A program made the translations under genes and the position numbers. A stretch of DNA of 64,000 nt from Marsupella aquatica (lineage: Eukaryota; Plantae; Marchantiophyta): the NCBI GenBank assembly GCA_973895155.1, contig OZ316898.1, positions 2,976,480 through 3,040,479 on the forward strand, in the 5' to 3' direction. This document shows, one piece after another, positions 12,482-24,049 of this stretch (positions are counted from its first letter, which is position 1; each line of letters begins with the position of its first letter). The notes beneath the pieces were generated by a model. The model made no database searches and was not told the origin of the DNA. It worked only from the letters and a program-made list of their open reading frames with translations.

Positions 12482-13208
12482 GTATAGGCTAATGACGGTT
12501 TGGTGGGGTTATTAGGGTAGCATGTAACCCGTGACTAGAAAGTGACTAAATGTTGATCACTAGAAAGTGACTAAATGTTGATCACTAGAAAGTGACTAAA
12601 TGTTGATCCACAACAGGCTGGAAGTTTTAGAAGTTTTAGTTTTTCTGAGCTTTGTGGGAACAGGTTTCAGATTAGAACCCCAGCCCGAAGAGTCATTATC
12701 ATAAGTAATCTTTTGCCCGGAATTCAGATAGCAATTTTAAACTATAATGGAGGTTTGGGTAGACGTTCCAGCCTGAACACTTCTCCCAAAAAAACTCAAA
12801 AAAGCTTCTCAACTGTGAGATCCTTTTCACTTTCTGGTCACAAGGTTACCCGTTAGTAATCCAGACCAGACTGCTATAATCCTATACACAATGCTCTCAC
12901 ACTTGGGGAGTTATTTCCCAAAATTCTTGATGGCAACAAACTTTCTCATACTAATAAATTTGGTATACAAGAAAGGTTATCCATGTGTAACCATGTCTAG
13001 AGGTACTTGCTATTTCCATAATCTCTTGCTCGGAAAGTCATGATTGTTAAATTTTCTCCGTACTCTAGGATTGGTCTGGGCTGGGGTTCTATTCTCAATG
13101 TTGTTCCCAAAATGCTCAAAAAAGCTTCCTGGTTTCCGCCTATCAACCTTTTTTCACTTTCTGGTCACAGCCTAGTAACCCCATGCCCAGACTGTCATCA
13201 TCTCATAC
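12482..13208. mobile_element. Cluster of three short TIR elements (MITE family A, GTA...TAC ends)
   Basis: Copies at ~12482-12703 (inverted), ~12742-12887 and ~13060-13208 share cactttctggtcac cores and ~35-bp imperfect TIRs (gtata..atgac.gtttgggctggggtt.tag); related to 23216-23846. Confidence 0.6.
12534..12608. repeat. Perfect 25-bp tandem repeat x3
   Basis: actagaaagtgactaaatgttgatc three times, inside a family A copy. Confidence 0.95.
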
Positions 13209-15058
13209 CTAAATGGGCAGGGAACTTTTGGCAAGAAAGTGCAAACTCACTTCAAGAGAGGCACATCTTATACTGCCAGTGTCTGGAGTCATTGGGTGAC
13301 ATCTACTTAAACCACACTACAATGGCAGGTTTACAAAAAGCATAAATTCTTTTAAGCAAAACACAAAAACAATTGGTCCCACTCTACAAGAAGTCTAGCT
13401 GTGGAGGTTCTACTGTAGCGTACAGTACCATAGAGTTATCCCGGCAAAATGATAATTATGTTCATTTTTGCAAACAACTTTTAATTTCATTGTCACTAAA
13501 GATGTTCAATTTACAATGTTGCCATAGTTACGGTTTTCATGTGTTGTTACCCTGGTTAGGTTGGTGAAATTGTCATCCATGTATGAACTGTGGAATATTT
13601 ATAAATACACAAATAAATGTGTCAATGTGAACATCTTAAGTGGCAAAATAGTTAGAAGTTGTTTCCATAGATAACTCAACACCAATATGTTATTCTCATT
13701 TTGTTGCTTAGAATATTTTAAAAAATACATTTTAAAGTTTTCAGGAGATTTCACAAGGAACCAAAATATTTACTGTAGTTAGTCTAGCTCAATGGTTTAA
13801 TTTAGTAGCTAATCATTTACTTATGTCAATTCTTTGGAGGTGTCAAAAGGACCCAGTATTTTGTCACTCAAGCCCAAAATTTCACTAACACTTCTTTCTT
13901 TGCTTTAAACCACAACTCCTGGTATTTAAGGACCTTTGCCGTGCAACCGGGGGTCCTTTCATTCTGTACTCTGCTGCCCAGGCCCACCCACCCTGCTGCC
14001 CGAGCCCACCGTCCCGCAATGCTCCGGGCCTCACCTTCCTGACGTGCTACATTTGCTTGTGATCGTATGCTAGTCCTGGGCTCCCTCTCCTGTGCTTATC
14101 CTGTGAAGGACTCCACGATTTCACAAAGAAATTTAATTTTTTGCACGAATGTTTAGGAATTGCATCCTGCCAGTTGTGTTGTCCCTTCGTCCTCCATGGA
14201 GGATGCTTCAAAGTTGTCATCCTCCATGACGGATGCATCAAGGTTGCTGTCCTCCCGTCCGCCTCCATGCCCAGTGCTCAATAGGTAAGGAGAAGTTGTG
14301 GCATAAAGCCTGCAGCTCGATGTAGGTTCTCACAATGTCTTCGTTCCACTTTCTTGACGTCTGAAGTTTGTGCAATTGAAGTGACGAAGGTCCCATCTAG
14401 CTTGTAGTTGTCCAAAGTTGTCGTGTTTTTGTGAAGGGCAATCTACAATCTAGACTCTCAGGTGATCAGCCGCTGACAATTCTTGAAGCTATTTCTCTTG
14501 CTTGGTTGCTTTGTGTCGATGCATCGTTGCTTTTATGAAGTTCTTTCATTCAGGAGTGGGATGATAATTATATAAGGACAGTGAGTTACACTGTGAGAAG
14601 GAAGAGTGAGGATTGTCGATTTTCCCATGGTCTCTCGGGTGGGTTTGACAAGAGAGCAAAGGAAATGGCCTGTGATTTCTCTTTTTTAGTTACATACACC
14701 ATGATACGGGGATGAAGCTCTTGGAGTTATCTCTCACAAAACTCCTGAAATAAAGACTTCATTACATCCAAGATGCCTCTAGTACCTGACTAGAGGCGAA
14801 GAAGTCGTTGCTTGAGAGCCTAGAGGCAAGGATTGATGAGGGCGTGGCGATCCTCACAACTCATATAGATTCCTATTTCGCAGTCATTCAAAGCCACTAT
14901 ACAATGATGGCTTCCTTTTCTTACATCTCTTGTGAGAAAATCTGTCATACTATGATTTGTTTTTTTCTGAGATATCTCTTGAGAAACCAGTGACAGTATG
15001 ATTCGTTACTTTTCTTAGGTACTTTGATAGATATAAGGAAAGTCTCTCGATGCAGGTT

Positions 15059-15156
15059 CTCACCATGAACCAAAACTTTCCTGATATCAAGCTGCATAGA
15101 TCTCTCCTCACCATGAACCAAAACTTTCCTGATATCAAGCTGCATAGATCTCTCCT
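15059..15156. repeat. Perfect 48-bp tandem duplication
   Basis: ctcaccatgaaccaaaactttcctgatatcaagctgcatagatctctc x2. Confidence 0.95.
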
Positions 15157-15534
15157 GAGAAATCAGAGTGAAATTATCTCTTTGTAGCCCAAATTGGTTA
15201 TCATCCAATCCAAGCCAATGTCGCCAGCTTATGCCAAGAGCTTTGCTGTGAGAATGCAGGTTTTCCTTTAGATTTATCATTATCCAATTCTACCAACATT
15301 GCAGCCATTTGTAATGCCTTATTCGAGATATTGATTAGGAGTTACATTAATGATGTGTTTGGTTGTGATGATTTGTGACCTTTCACATGGTATATGAAAA
15401 ACTAAATTTCTTTATCATTTGTCTGTTTATGTAGTGAAGGCATACACTCCTAAAGGGCAACCAAATATCCACATCCCTAGAATTTATTTCAAAATAATAA
15501 GAACTTTCATACAATAATGGCTCTCGGAGATTAC

Positions 15535-15976
15535 CTCGAACCACCTCATGAGGTCTATGGTGTGATGAGCTGGGTCTGGATCCAAGGTCTGTGCTATGGC
15601 TACACCGGATGGACCTCCCTGGTCAACAGGTGCCTCGTGCACCAAAGCGTCTTGCACAATAAATGTTGCCTCCGCTGCACGCCACCTCCTCAAGTGCTCG
15701 ATGCGCTCACGTGACATGTCAAGTAACCAGTGTATAATCATAGCATGTGTCGTGTCAGGATCATCGCCCAATAAGAGCCTCAACTCCTCCCACGCATCCC
15801 ATCGCTCAAGTGGGACCCAGATCGCAGGCTTGGCATCTGGTCTCCTTCTCTTTTTGTAATCTATGACATCACTGGGATACTTTGGTCTTGGAGGACCACC
15901 ATCCCGAGGAGGACATCTACGATGGGCAGTAGGAAGGTCAGGTGGCTCACCCCCCGGCTCACCAGGAGTACTCATA
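15535..15976 (-). pseudogene. Exon of a probable DNA-transposon-derived gene (MSTPGEPGG...WDAWEELRLLLG...HWLLD)
   Basis: Open ~147-codon stretch with acceptor (ttttag, ~15988) just upstream of the ATG and donor GAG|GTAAT at 15534; basic KKRRR segment; no intact downstream exons found. Confidence 0.4.
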
Positions 15977-17394
15977 GTGTCACTACCTAAAAAGAAAGAA
16001 ACAGCAAAATGAAGACCAAATGCCAAGCCCCTCCAGTGACTAAGGAAACAAAGAGCAAACAAAATATATGAAATGGTCCCTAACTAATCGAATGTGCAAC
16101 CTATCTCATTGCACAAATGAACTAATGGTCTTGAACTTCTTCATTTATGATCCATACCCCCCCTCACCATTGGACACTAGTCTCCCATTGGGTATCATAA
16201 AATGCCTTAGATCATTGGGAGGCGTTGGATTTTAGATCCAAGGGCCCTATACCATACCCAACCACAACACATGATTTAACCATAAAAGTGGTCAAAGTCA
16301 AGGCTCGAGCTCAAGAGCTCCTCTGTACCAGCCAAATACACTAACCACCAGGCCACCAAGGCTGATGTACTAAGCCAAATTATAAATTATACAAGAACAT
16401 AAAATAAGAGTTTGGTGGGGTCGTGCTGCAACTGTTGCCCGGAACGCTGCCCAACTAATTCAAAATTCAAAAATTTAGCCTGGACCAATCAGAATTCATG
16501 GAAATTGAATTGGTCCTTCCGGGCTTTTTTTGGCTCAATACTTTCTGCGATTTTTCCCAGTCATAGATCTCCTCTAGATCTTTCAGCTGATCCCAAGGTT
16601 TCATCGAACGGTGCAGTATCAGTGTCATGGCGAGTCAAAATCGCTCGGCCGAAAAGAGTCGCACTGTCCCAGAAAAAGGCCCGACACTTGATTCAGTTCA
16701 TTAATGCTGGCTCCGGGTTACCCGAAGTTCTTTATACTAGGATTTGCGGTCTAATTCTTTCAAGGTTTCACAACCCAGGATGACACCCCAAGCCCGCACT
16801 TATCCACAGTATGCACTTTGTATAAATGCATGGGATATCATTTATGTTGCTCTCTGTATGTTGCATCGTTGCACTACCTATAGGTGCATGTGACATAGTT
16901 TATGCACTTCCCATATGCATTTTCAGGACATACATAGGAGACTTTTCATACCCCGAGCTCTCATATTGCATGATTCAACTGGATAAGTGCATAAAACTAC
17001 TTTTAAGTAATTGACTGTTGCGCTTATCAATAAATGCTCCTTCTATATATGCATTGGAGTAACTGATCAATGCATGGATACACTTATTGACAAAAATGCA
17101 CTAATGTATTTATCATTTAGTGAGGGTAGACATGCTCTTATGCAAACTGCAATTTTTTGGTGCATTTACTAAGAAAATTGTTATAGCCCCAATTTTGTTC
17201 AGTCTTATGATGGGCCCTTAAATGGCCCCAGACCTTAGTCTCCAGTGTGTATTGTCTGCTATGTATTCTCTGTTGTGTATTGTCAGAAGAGTCGCGAATG
17301 CATAGTGTTCAACTTCTTGTGATCTCAAACCTTTGGGCACAAGCCTGAGAATATAATTAGAGGATTACATTGTTGGTCAGTACTTAAATCACAA

Positions 17395-17695
17395 CTACCT
17401 TTGATTACCTTGAAGAGAAAGTAGTCAAAACATTATGGTGATCCTGAGTACTAGCATGGCATCTTGATGTCTTTGCTCAAGGTAGTCAAGTTGTCAAATT
17501 ACCGAGGAAACCGGTTTGGTGATGCAATTGAAACCGGCTGCAGACGGTAAGGAAACCATATACAAGCCACATTTCAGTCAAAAGTGTAAACAATATTATC
17601 TGAGTCAGTTAAAATGTTTTGAGCACATCCATCCAAGCTTTGCCAGTCCATTTGGGCATAGACAAAGGTGGAGGTCCATCCTAGCTTTACTTTCC
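17395..17695 (+). repeat. Dispersed ~300-bp repeat, copy 1 (copy 2 at ~58903-59228)
   Basis: Shared blocks ctttgattacctt, tcaagttgtcaa, aattgaaaccggct, aaaagtgtaaacaatattatctgag, gtggaggtc in the same order. Confidence 0.85.
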
Positions 17696-18749
17696 AGATT
17701 TCCCCTTTGAAACTTAGAAAAAACTGAAAATTGACCATATTTGAGACACTACTCGAGGACTACATGGCTGGTTTTGCACTTAAATCACCACTAGCCATGA
17801 CAAAAACCTTGGTGACACCAGGTTTCACCATAAATAGTTGTGGCACGTTTCCCAAGACCTCTAACCCCGAGAACTACCCTCAACCGATCGTAAACCACTT
17901 GCTTATGTCCGTCCTCTTTCCTTATGGCAGCTATTCGGCTTGGAAACGCAATACTCTCCTTCGATCCACACTTACCGGACCGATTCTTTCACTGGACTTG
18001 TGAATTGTGCACAACTGAGACACCTAATTCCTCTTTAACTTCTTCAGGTATATTTGTATTCCGCCCCCGGAATGTACCTCTACGGCTTAATTTCTTAAGC
18101 CGGCTGAAGGTCTTTTTCAGACTGACTCAACCCACACTTCACCGACTAACACTCTCAATCCTCACTTTTCTCTCAGAGTTTGATTGGGCAGTCTCCAATC
18201 AAGACAATGCGATTGTATTTTGCTCAACAGTTCACCCTATCTGACTCAAATCGATCAAGCAACAGATATCATAACACTCAACTTCTTGGATGGCAAGAAT
18301 CTGCGAACTATGCAACGAGGCCAACTCAATTCAAACAATTGCTCAGAAATCCAAGGGAACTGGTGGTTTACTGATACCCTGCGGTCTAGATTTAGCCGAG
18401 AGCTTCCTGTGTTTACAACAATATAGATTAACACTAAAGCCTTGACTAAGAAAAAGCCCCCGAAGCCACGCTGCCCAGGTTTTTATCCTTGCAGCGCATT
18501 CAGGAAAAAAAACAAACGGAAATCCTAACCACCACACACGGCCTTCCACCGCGATAATCCTACAAAAAAAACTATCACCTAAAAACTTGAATAGCCCGGA
18601 ACCCTGTGTGAACCGAGCATCAACTACTACCTAAGCCGACAGGGCGCTACTTGCCCTGTCCCATCCTACAACGGCCGCGCCCTTCTGGCCCAAGCCCTTC
18701 TCCTGCCGCCACATCCTCCTTCCAACCGATGACTGGCCCTCCTTAATTG

Positions 18750-21700
18750 TCAGATGACCGGGGGTAAGTCCGAATTTTCCGACTCTGCACCTTCTCCTGC
18801 CATCGGCCCCGGCCTGACCCCTTCGGCTTATGGTTTGCCGGCCCCGACATCGGTCTCGGCATCGGCATCCGCATCCGCATCCTCCTAGGAAACGGCTTGG
18901 AGAGCCTTTGCCTTAACTTCCTCAATCCAAGCCTTTTCCCCGATGCGCTCGGTCTCGATAACCCACGGTTTCACGTTCTGTGCGTCCATAGAAGCAGTAC
19001 CATCATCTAAACCTGTTACCGCAGCTCCAAGTTGATCCACAGTACTTACCTCTACCACCGCTTCCTTCAGGGCCACAGTACCACAAATGTGAGCAGCCAT
19101 GCTCTCAACTTCCTCCGGAGTGGCTTTAAGGGTTTTAACTTTATTATCACCTGGCCCCATGAACATCTTTGCCAAGTCTGCCACCAACTGCATGGCTTTG
19201 CCCCCAGTCACGCTTGACAACAGGGAGCTTGGCTTCGGCTTCGGCTTCACTATATTTCCGCCTACCATACTACTGTCGGGAAGCCTTTCAGTTGGTGACC
19301 CATATCCCGCTTCGGCATACTTCTTCAATTTCTGCGTTTGATTGTCGGCACGCCTCTGTAGCCCGATCATCTTATCCTTGGCCTCCTCCAATTCCTGAGA
19401 TACGTCTTCAACTTCATCGTTAAGCCGTAGTATCTCGGCCCTGGCCGTCTTCAACTCCTCATTTAAGATCTGCACGATCTCCAACTCTTGCTTATCTACG
19501 GCTGCTTTCAAGGAGTCATTGATACCTTCCAGTTTTGTGACCTCGTTCGTCCCTCGGGGGTTTCACTTCCACAAAAATGGCATATCACGTGCGACGAAGG
19601 ATAGGGTCATTTTATTGGTTCTAAGGGAAGACTTTAGAATTTTTGTAGAAGAACAATAGGGTCTTTTAAATTCAATTTTGAGACTTATAAGAACATTAGG
19701 GTCTTTTTAATCCAATTTTTAGAATATTCCAAGAATATTCCAACTTTATAGGGGTTAAAAAATTAAAAAAATTCTTACATTTTAGAGGGTCCGAGGCCTA
19801 AAAACGTCGCAAGCGATGGGGAGGTCCCCATATAGTGAGACCCCTGAGGTTCGTCCATGCCTGCTTTGTCCTGGTTAGCTCCTCCTGAAGCTCCTTGCGT
19901 ATCTGTTGAACCCGGTTTAGGTGATCATTGGCCGCCGTGCACATGGCGTCATCATGCTTCTCACGCATGGTCTCCAACCGGTCGAGTAACTTATCATACT
20001 TCCTTTGGGCTTCTGCCAAGGCCTTTTCGCTCTGGGTGGCCTGCTCCTTAGCCGTCTTTCTGAGCCTCTCAACTTGGCGATTTAAACCCTGTACTTCTAC
20101 TTTTGAATCGGCTAACTCCAGCTCTATCTTCGTTAACTTTTCCTTGATCTGCTGGTTATCCAATTGGTAGTTTTCCAATTGGTTGTTTGCCACTTCCAAT
20201 GCTGCCTAGCCAAGAGATCCTGCTGAGTTGGTTGACCAGACTTTGTCTTAGCAACTTCGGCCTCCATGGAGCGAAGCCGAGCGATTACTTCCTCCTTCTT
20301 TAATCGCTCCAATGTCATTGCCTCCTCCAGTCTCGTCTGATCAACCATTTCTTTTCTAAGAAATGGCCCGGATTCCAACTCGTTGCCGAAGATTTCTAAG
20401 GCTAAGAGTCCACACATGTCTCCATACTCCTTAGCCCGATTTCTTGCATAGTTTGACCTCCAAGGTGATACTGGCATCTGCCATCGAGGTCGTCTCTCCC
20501 AAGCTTCTGCCCGTAATTGGTCAAAGTCAGTGAGAGGTTCGGCTTGCCTCTCACTAAGCCGGCTTATTCCTTCCGGCCACTCTCCTCCTGGTAGCTGGCA
20601 TTCGTGTTCTGCATTCCGGGCCCCCCACTCCTTAATCTTCTCATGTAGCCCGACTTCAGCTTCCTTCATCTTGTCGAATTCCAATGGCGTCACATCTGGT
20701 GGAGGAGATTCTGGCGTTTTTTGGTCCTCTGGTTTGCCATAGAAGACTGCGGGAAGTCTTCTACAAAACCTTCCCATCGTTCTAACTCCTGGGACCGGCC
20801 TCTCCCCATGATCGACATAGTCATCGTCGTAATCATCCACATTGACCTGACTACCTAACATGCCGGCCTCTCCTCCAAAGCCCCCAATCTCTTCCTCTGA
20901 AAATTGTTGGGCTGTTGCTGGTTGACCTTCCTCCACAGATCCGTTCACTTGGGCTCTGTTAGAAGCTTTTACTACCGGCCTCTCCTGGCCTCGGCTTACC
21001 TCCTCATCTGTCTCCGAATCCATTCACTCGTCATATTTCTTTCTCTCTTCGGCAGTCATCTTCCTCTCTACCAACTGGATGCCTGCATATGGATTATTGC
21101 GAGTAGGCCGGCGTAACGGATTTCTCACTACATCATATGTTACTACCTCTGGCTCCTTGATAGGGGAATGCTCCCGTTCTCGTGTTGCCTGTGTTGCCGA
21201 CCTCCTCCCGTGGCGTCGTATGTTTAGAGGCTCCTCGTCCTCCTCCACTTCCTCAAGTGGTGCAGTGATCTGCATCCGCTCCTGCATAGGCAACACTGGT
21301 GCAAAAGACTGGCTTCTTGCATATCGACAAAGTAATTGCAGATGGTACCCTAGTCTGGATACCGCTCCCTCCCCAATGCTCTGCTTCTCTTCGTTTAATG
21401 CCTTCTTCAGCTGCATTAAGAGGTAGCCGTTGTAGTCTCGGCTTGCATCGATATTCTCTACCAAAAATACCTAGGCTTTGCCGATTTCTGCTCTCGGCAA
21501 GGTACAATGCAATGTGACTCTCAAGAAATCAATCAGCTGCCCTATATGCGGGTTGGTACATTGATTCTTGAAAAACCCATTCTTAGTGGAAGGCCCTGGA
21601 AATGACCTGAACTGGTCGTCCGACAACATCTTCCTCTGCTCCACCTTTGTCTTCCTTCCTGTTGGTAAAGCGAACACGGCTTCGATAAGCGCAGGTGTTA

Positions 21701-22590
21701 ATTCGAACACCTTTCCATACAACAACGTTGTGTTAGAAGAAGCCTCCCAGCATCCCACGAAGTCCAACAGATCCTCCTCCGGTATGTCTACCATTCTCCA
21801 GGGCAACCTGACAAAGCCCTCCAACCCAGTGTCATTCATATATCCTGCATATTTGTTATCCTGAACGGCACTGAAGACCTCATCCTCATCTCTTGCGAAC
21901 TGTAATTGTAAATCGGCAGGTAACCTGTTCGCTCACCCTGTCATGTTTTTATCTTCTACAGCCCGATCTCTAATTGGCCCGGATTCCATCTTGATTGGTC
22001 TTTCCGACCTAGTTCGCTTTGCTGGAGTTGCAGATGCCGAACCTGCCTTGCGCTTCATCTCTTCAGCGCCTGAATACTCCCCAAGAATAGCTGCCTTTGT
22101 CCACTTCGCAGTGTGACCCTTCAATTCCCAAAGTGGTTGCCCGACATTCTTGATTGCCTCCCTGATCCCCATGACCTTATTCTCCCGATTTAGCAATTCG
22201 TCAAGCTCCGCACTGGTGGGTGTCCACGAGAACTTTTCCAACACCTCCTCCGTATCTACGAATGCTGATTTGTGAATTCCACACAATCGCGCAAGCTCTG
22301 CTCGTTCTCTGGCTGCGCGCTCTGGCTCAACGTCTTCATACGTAGGTATCAGCTGCCTTGCTTCTTCAAGCAAACAGCCCCAAAACTTCCCTGCCTGATT
22401 CACCGTGTTCATTCCACCGAATGCCAAGAACTTGCACAATTTCTCAAACCACCTCCCCCGTTCGATCGGCAGCTGATTCCACCTCCCTAGGTTGATCGAA
22501 CAAGCAATTGCACTAGTGTACAGAGTGTCGGTCCCCTCCCTACAAAGCCGGCTCCTGATGGCTTGCGTGATCAAGCCCTGATTAGGTCAT
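18750..22590 (-). pseudogene. Decayed ~1,250-codon TE accessory ORF (plant transposon protein-like domain plus long coiled coil)
   Basis: Track ORFs 21933-22574, 21471-21839, 21024-21464 and 20133-21023 share one frame, separated only by single stops; 1-nt frameshift near 20205; 19798-20199 and 18885-19511 rejoin (TKQAWTN|EVTKLEG) when the MITE and one TSD are removed. GLEGFVRLPW...LLDFVGCWE...LYGKVFELTPALIEAVFALP resembles Athila/Tat-type accessory-ORF domains. Confidence 0.75.
19553..19848. mobile_element. hAT-type MITE (family B), 296 bp, perfect 8-bp TSD
   Basis: TIRs CTCGGGGGTTTCACT / AGTGAGACCCCTGAG (13/15); TSD gttcgtcc at 19545-19552 and 19849-19856; AT-rich interior. Confidence 0.93.
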
Positions 22591-22873
22591 AACCCTAATC
22601 CCACTTAATTGCGACCGTTGGATCAGATCCCATCACAATTTCCCCCGAACATATTGCAATCGGCTTTGATCTTTATAACTCCCTAATTATATCTACCTAA
22701 TCTTTATTTAGCCATTATTTTAGGCTTAACTAAGTACTTCGTGATCCTGGCACGGCATCACAATAGTATCTTTTATTGAATTTGTGGAGCAATATGGAAC
22801 TAGAGAGGAGAAGAATAAAAAGAAAGTGAACAAAGGAAAAATCTCTTATATGGCTAGTGCTAGTTTAACCTTG

Positions 22874-23145
22874 GAAAGTGCCTCCAATTTGTTTTCTGTG
22901 CATAGGATTCTGCACATATGATTCTGAAAAATATAGTGTAAGGTTACCTGTTTGTAACCGTTTCTACTAGGTGTTACTATTTCCACATCCCTGTGCCCAG
23001 CAAGTCTTACCCAGTAATCTTTTTTTTGAGCAGGAATTATTGGCTGAACTTCACTTCAGCTTTGGTGGTGGGGGGCCTGAAAGTGCCTCCAATTTTTTTT
23101 CTACGCATAGGATTCTGCACATATGATTCTGAAAAATATAGTGTA
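22874..23145. repeat. ~67-bp direct repeat pair
   Basis: gaaagtgcctccaattt...gcataggattctgcacatatgattctgaaaaatatagtgta at 22874-22940 and 23079-23145. Confidence 0.9.
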
Positions 23146-23215
23146 CAATACTAAAAAGAGTACATTTGTAACAGTTTGGCTTTTGTGACCAAACCTCTTT
23201 GGTCATGGCCCTGGT

Positions 23216-23846
23216 GTATAATTATGACTGTTTGGGCTGAGGTTCTAGTCTGAAACCTATTCCCACAAAGCTAAGGAAAAGAAAACTACTAGGTGTCTGA
23301 TTTGAACTCATGACCTCAATGACTGGACTCCTCTACCACTACATCACATAGATGTATTGAACACATTATGTACCTTAATTGGACTTAACATAGAAATCAT
23401 TCTCACATTTCCATGACCAAAAACCTCCTCTGGGCCCGGGCCTCCCTATCCTGGGCACAAAGTTTGAGATCAATGCGCTTCAATTCACATGCTCTTCATA
23501 ATTGCAAGTTTTATAGTTACCTTATATTTGTATTATTTTATGCAAAATTTGTATTTTAGTAAATTTAGAAATGATAATATAACTTACTTTTTAAATAGTT
23601 TTCAATAAATTAAAATGGTGAAGCACTAGAATGATGTAGCTATATCTGAAACCCCTGTTCCACAAAGCTAAGGAGAGATTAGGGGGCTGACTCTGGTCAG
23701 CATTTACTCACTTTCTGGTCACAAGGGTTAAAGACACAAAGCTAAAGAGAGATTAGGGGCTAACTCTGGTCAGCATTTACTCACTTTCTGGACACAAGGG
23801 TTAAAGACTAGTAACACAGACCCAAGCACTCAATTATACCCTATAC
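23216..23846. mobile_element. MITE family A copy, interrupted and internally duplicated
   Basis: 23220-23285 is the reverse complement of 12632-12698; the ~75-bp unit (cacaaagctaa...ctctggtcagcatttactcactttctgg...gggttaaagac) is duplicated at 23660-23810; ends ...cctatac. Confidence 0.65.
23292..23348 (-). mobile_element. tRNA-derived SINE-like head remnant
   Basis: Minus strand reads gtgatgtagtggtagag...gaggtcatgagttcaaatcagacacc: A-box-like and B-box-like (GTTCAAATC) motifs, but no full cloverleaf. Confidence 0.45.
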
Positions 23847-24049
23847 TTTTGGAATCATATGAAGCAGTTTGAAACTGAACTTTAGGAAGCTTGAACTTGG
23901 TTACGGTAGAATCGTCGTGGTTTTCGATGGTTTAGCGTTCCTAGTCGTTGGGACTTGCTGTACAGAGCAGCAGACGTCTTCTCGGATGCACCGTATTTGA
24001 AAATGTAGGTGCGCCTTCGTGAGAAGAAGCGCTACGGATGCAGCAGCAG

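Noticed and set aside
13780-13812. tRNA-like start (tagctcaatggt)
   Set aside because: A-box-like only; no B-box or cloverleaf.
23292-23348. Functional tRNA gene
   Set aside because: Anticodon arm and acceptor stem do not form; kept only as a SINE-like remnant.
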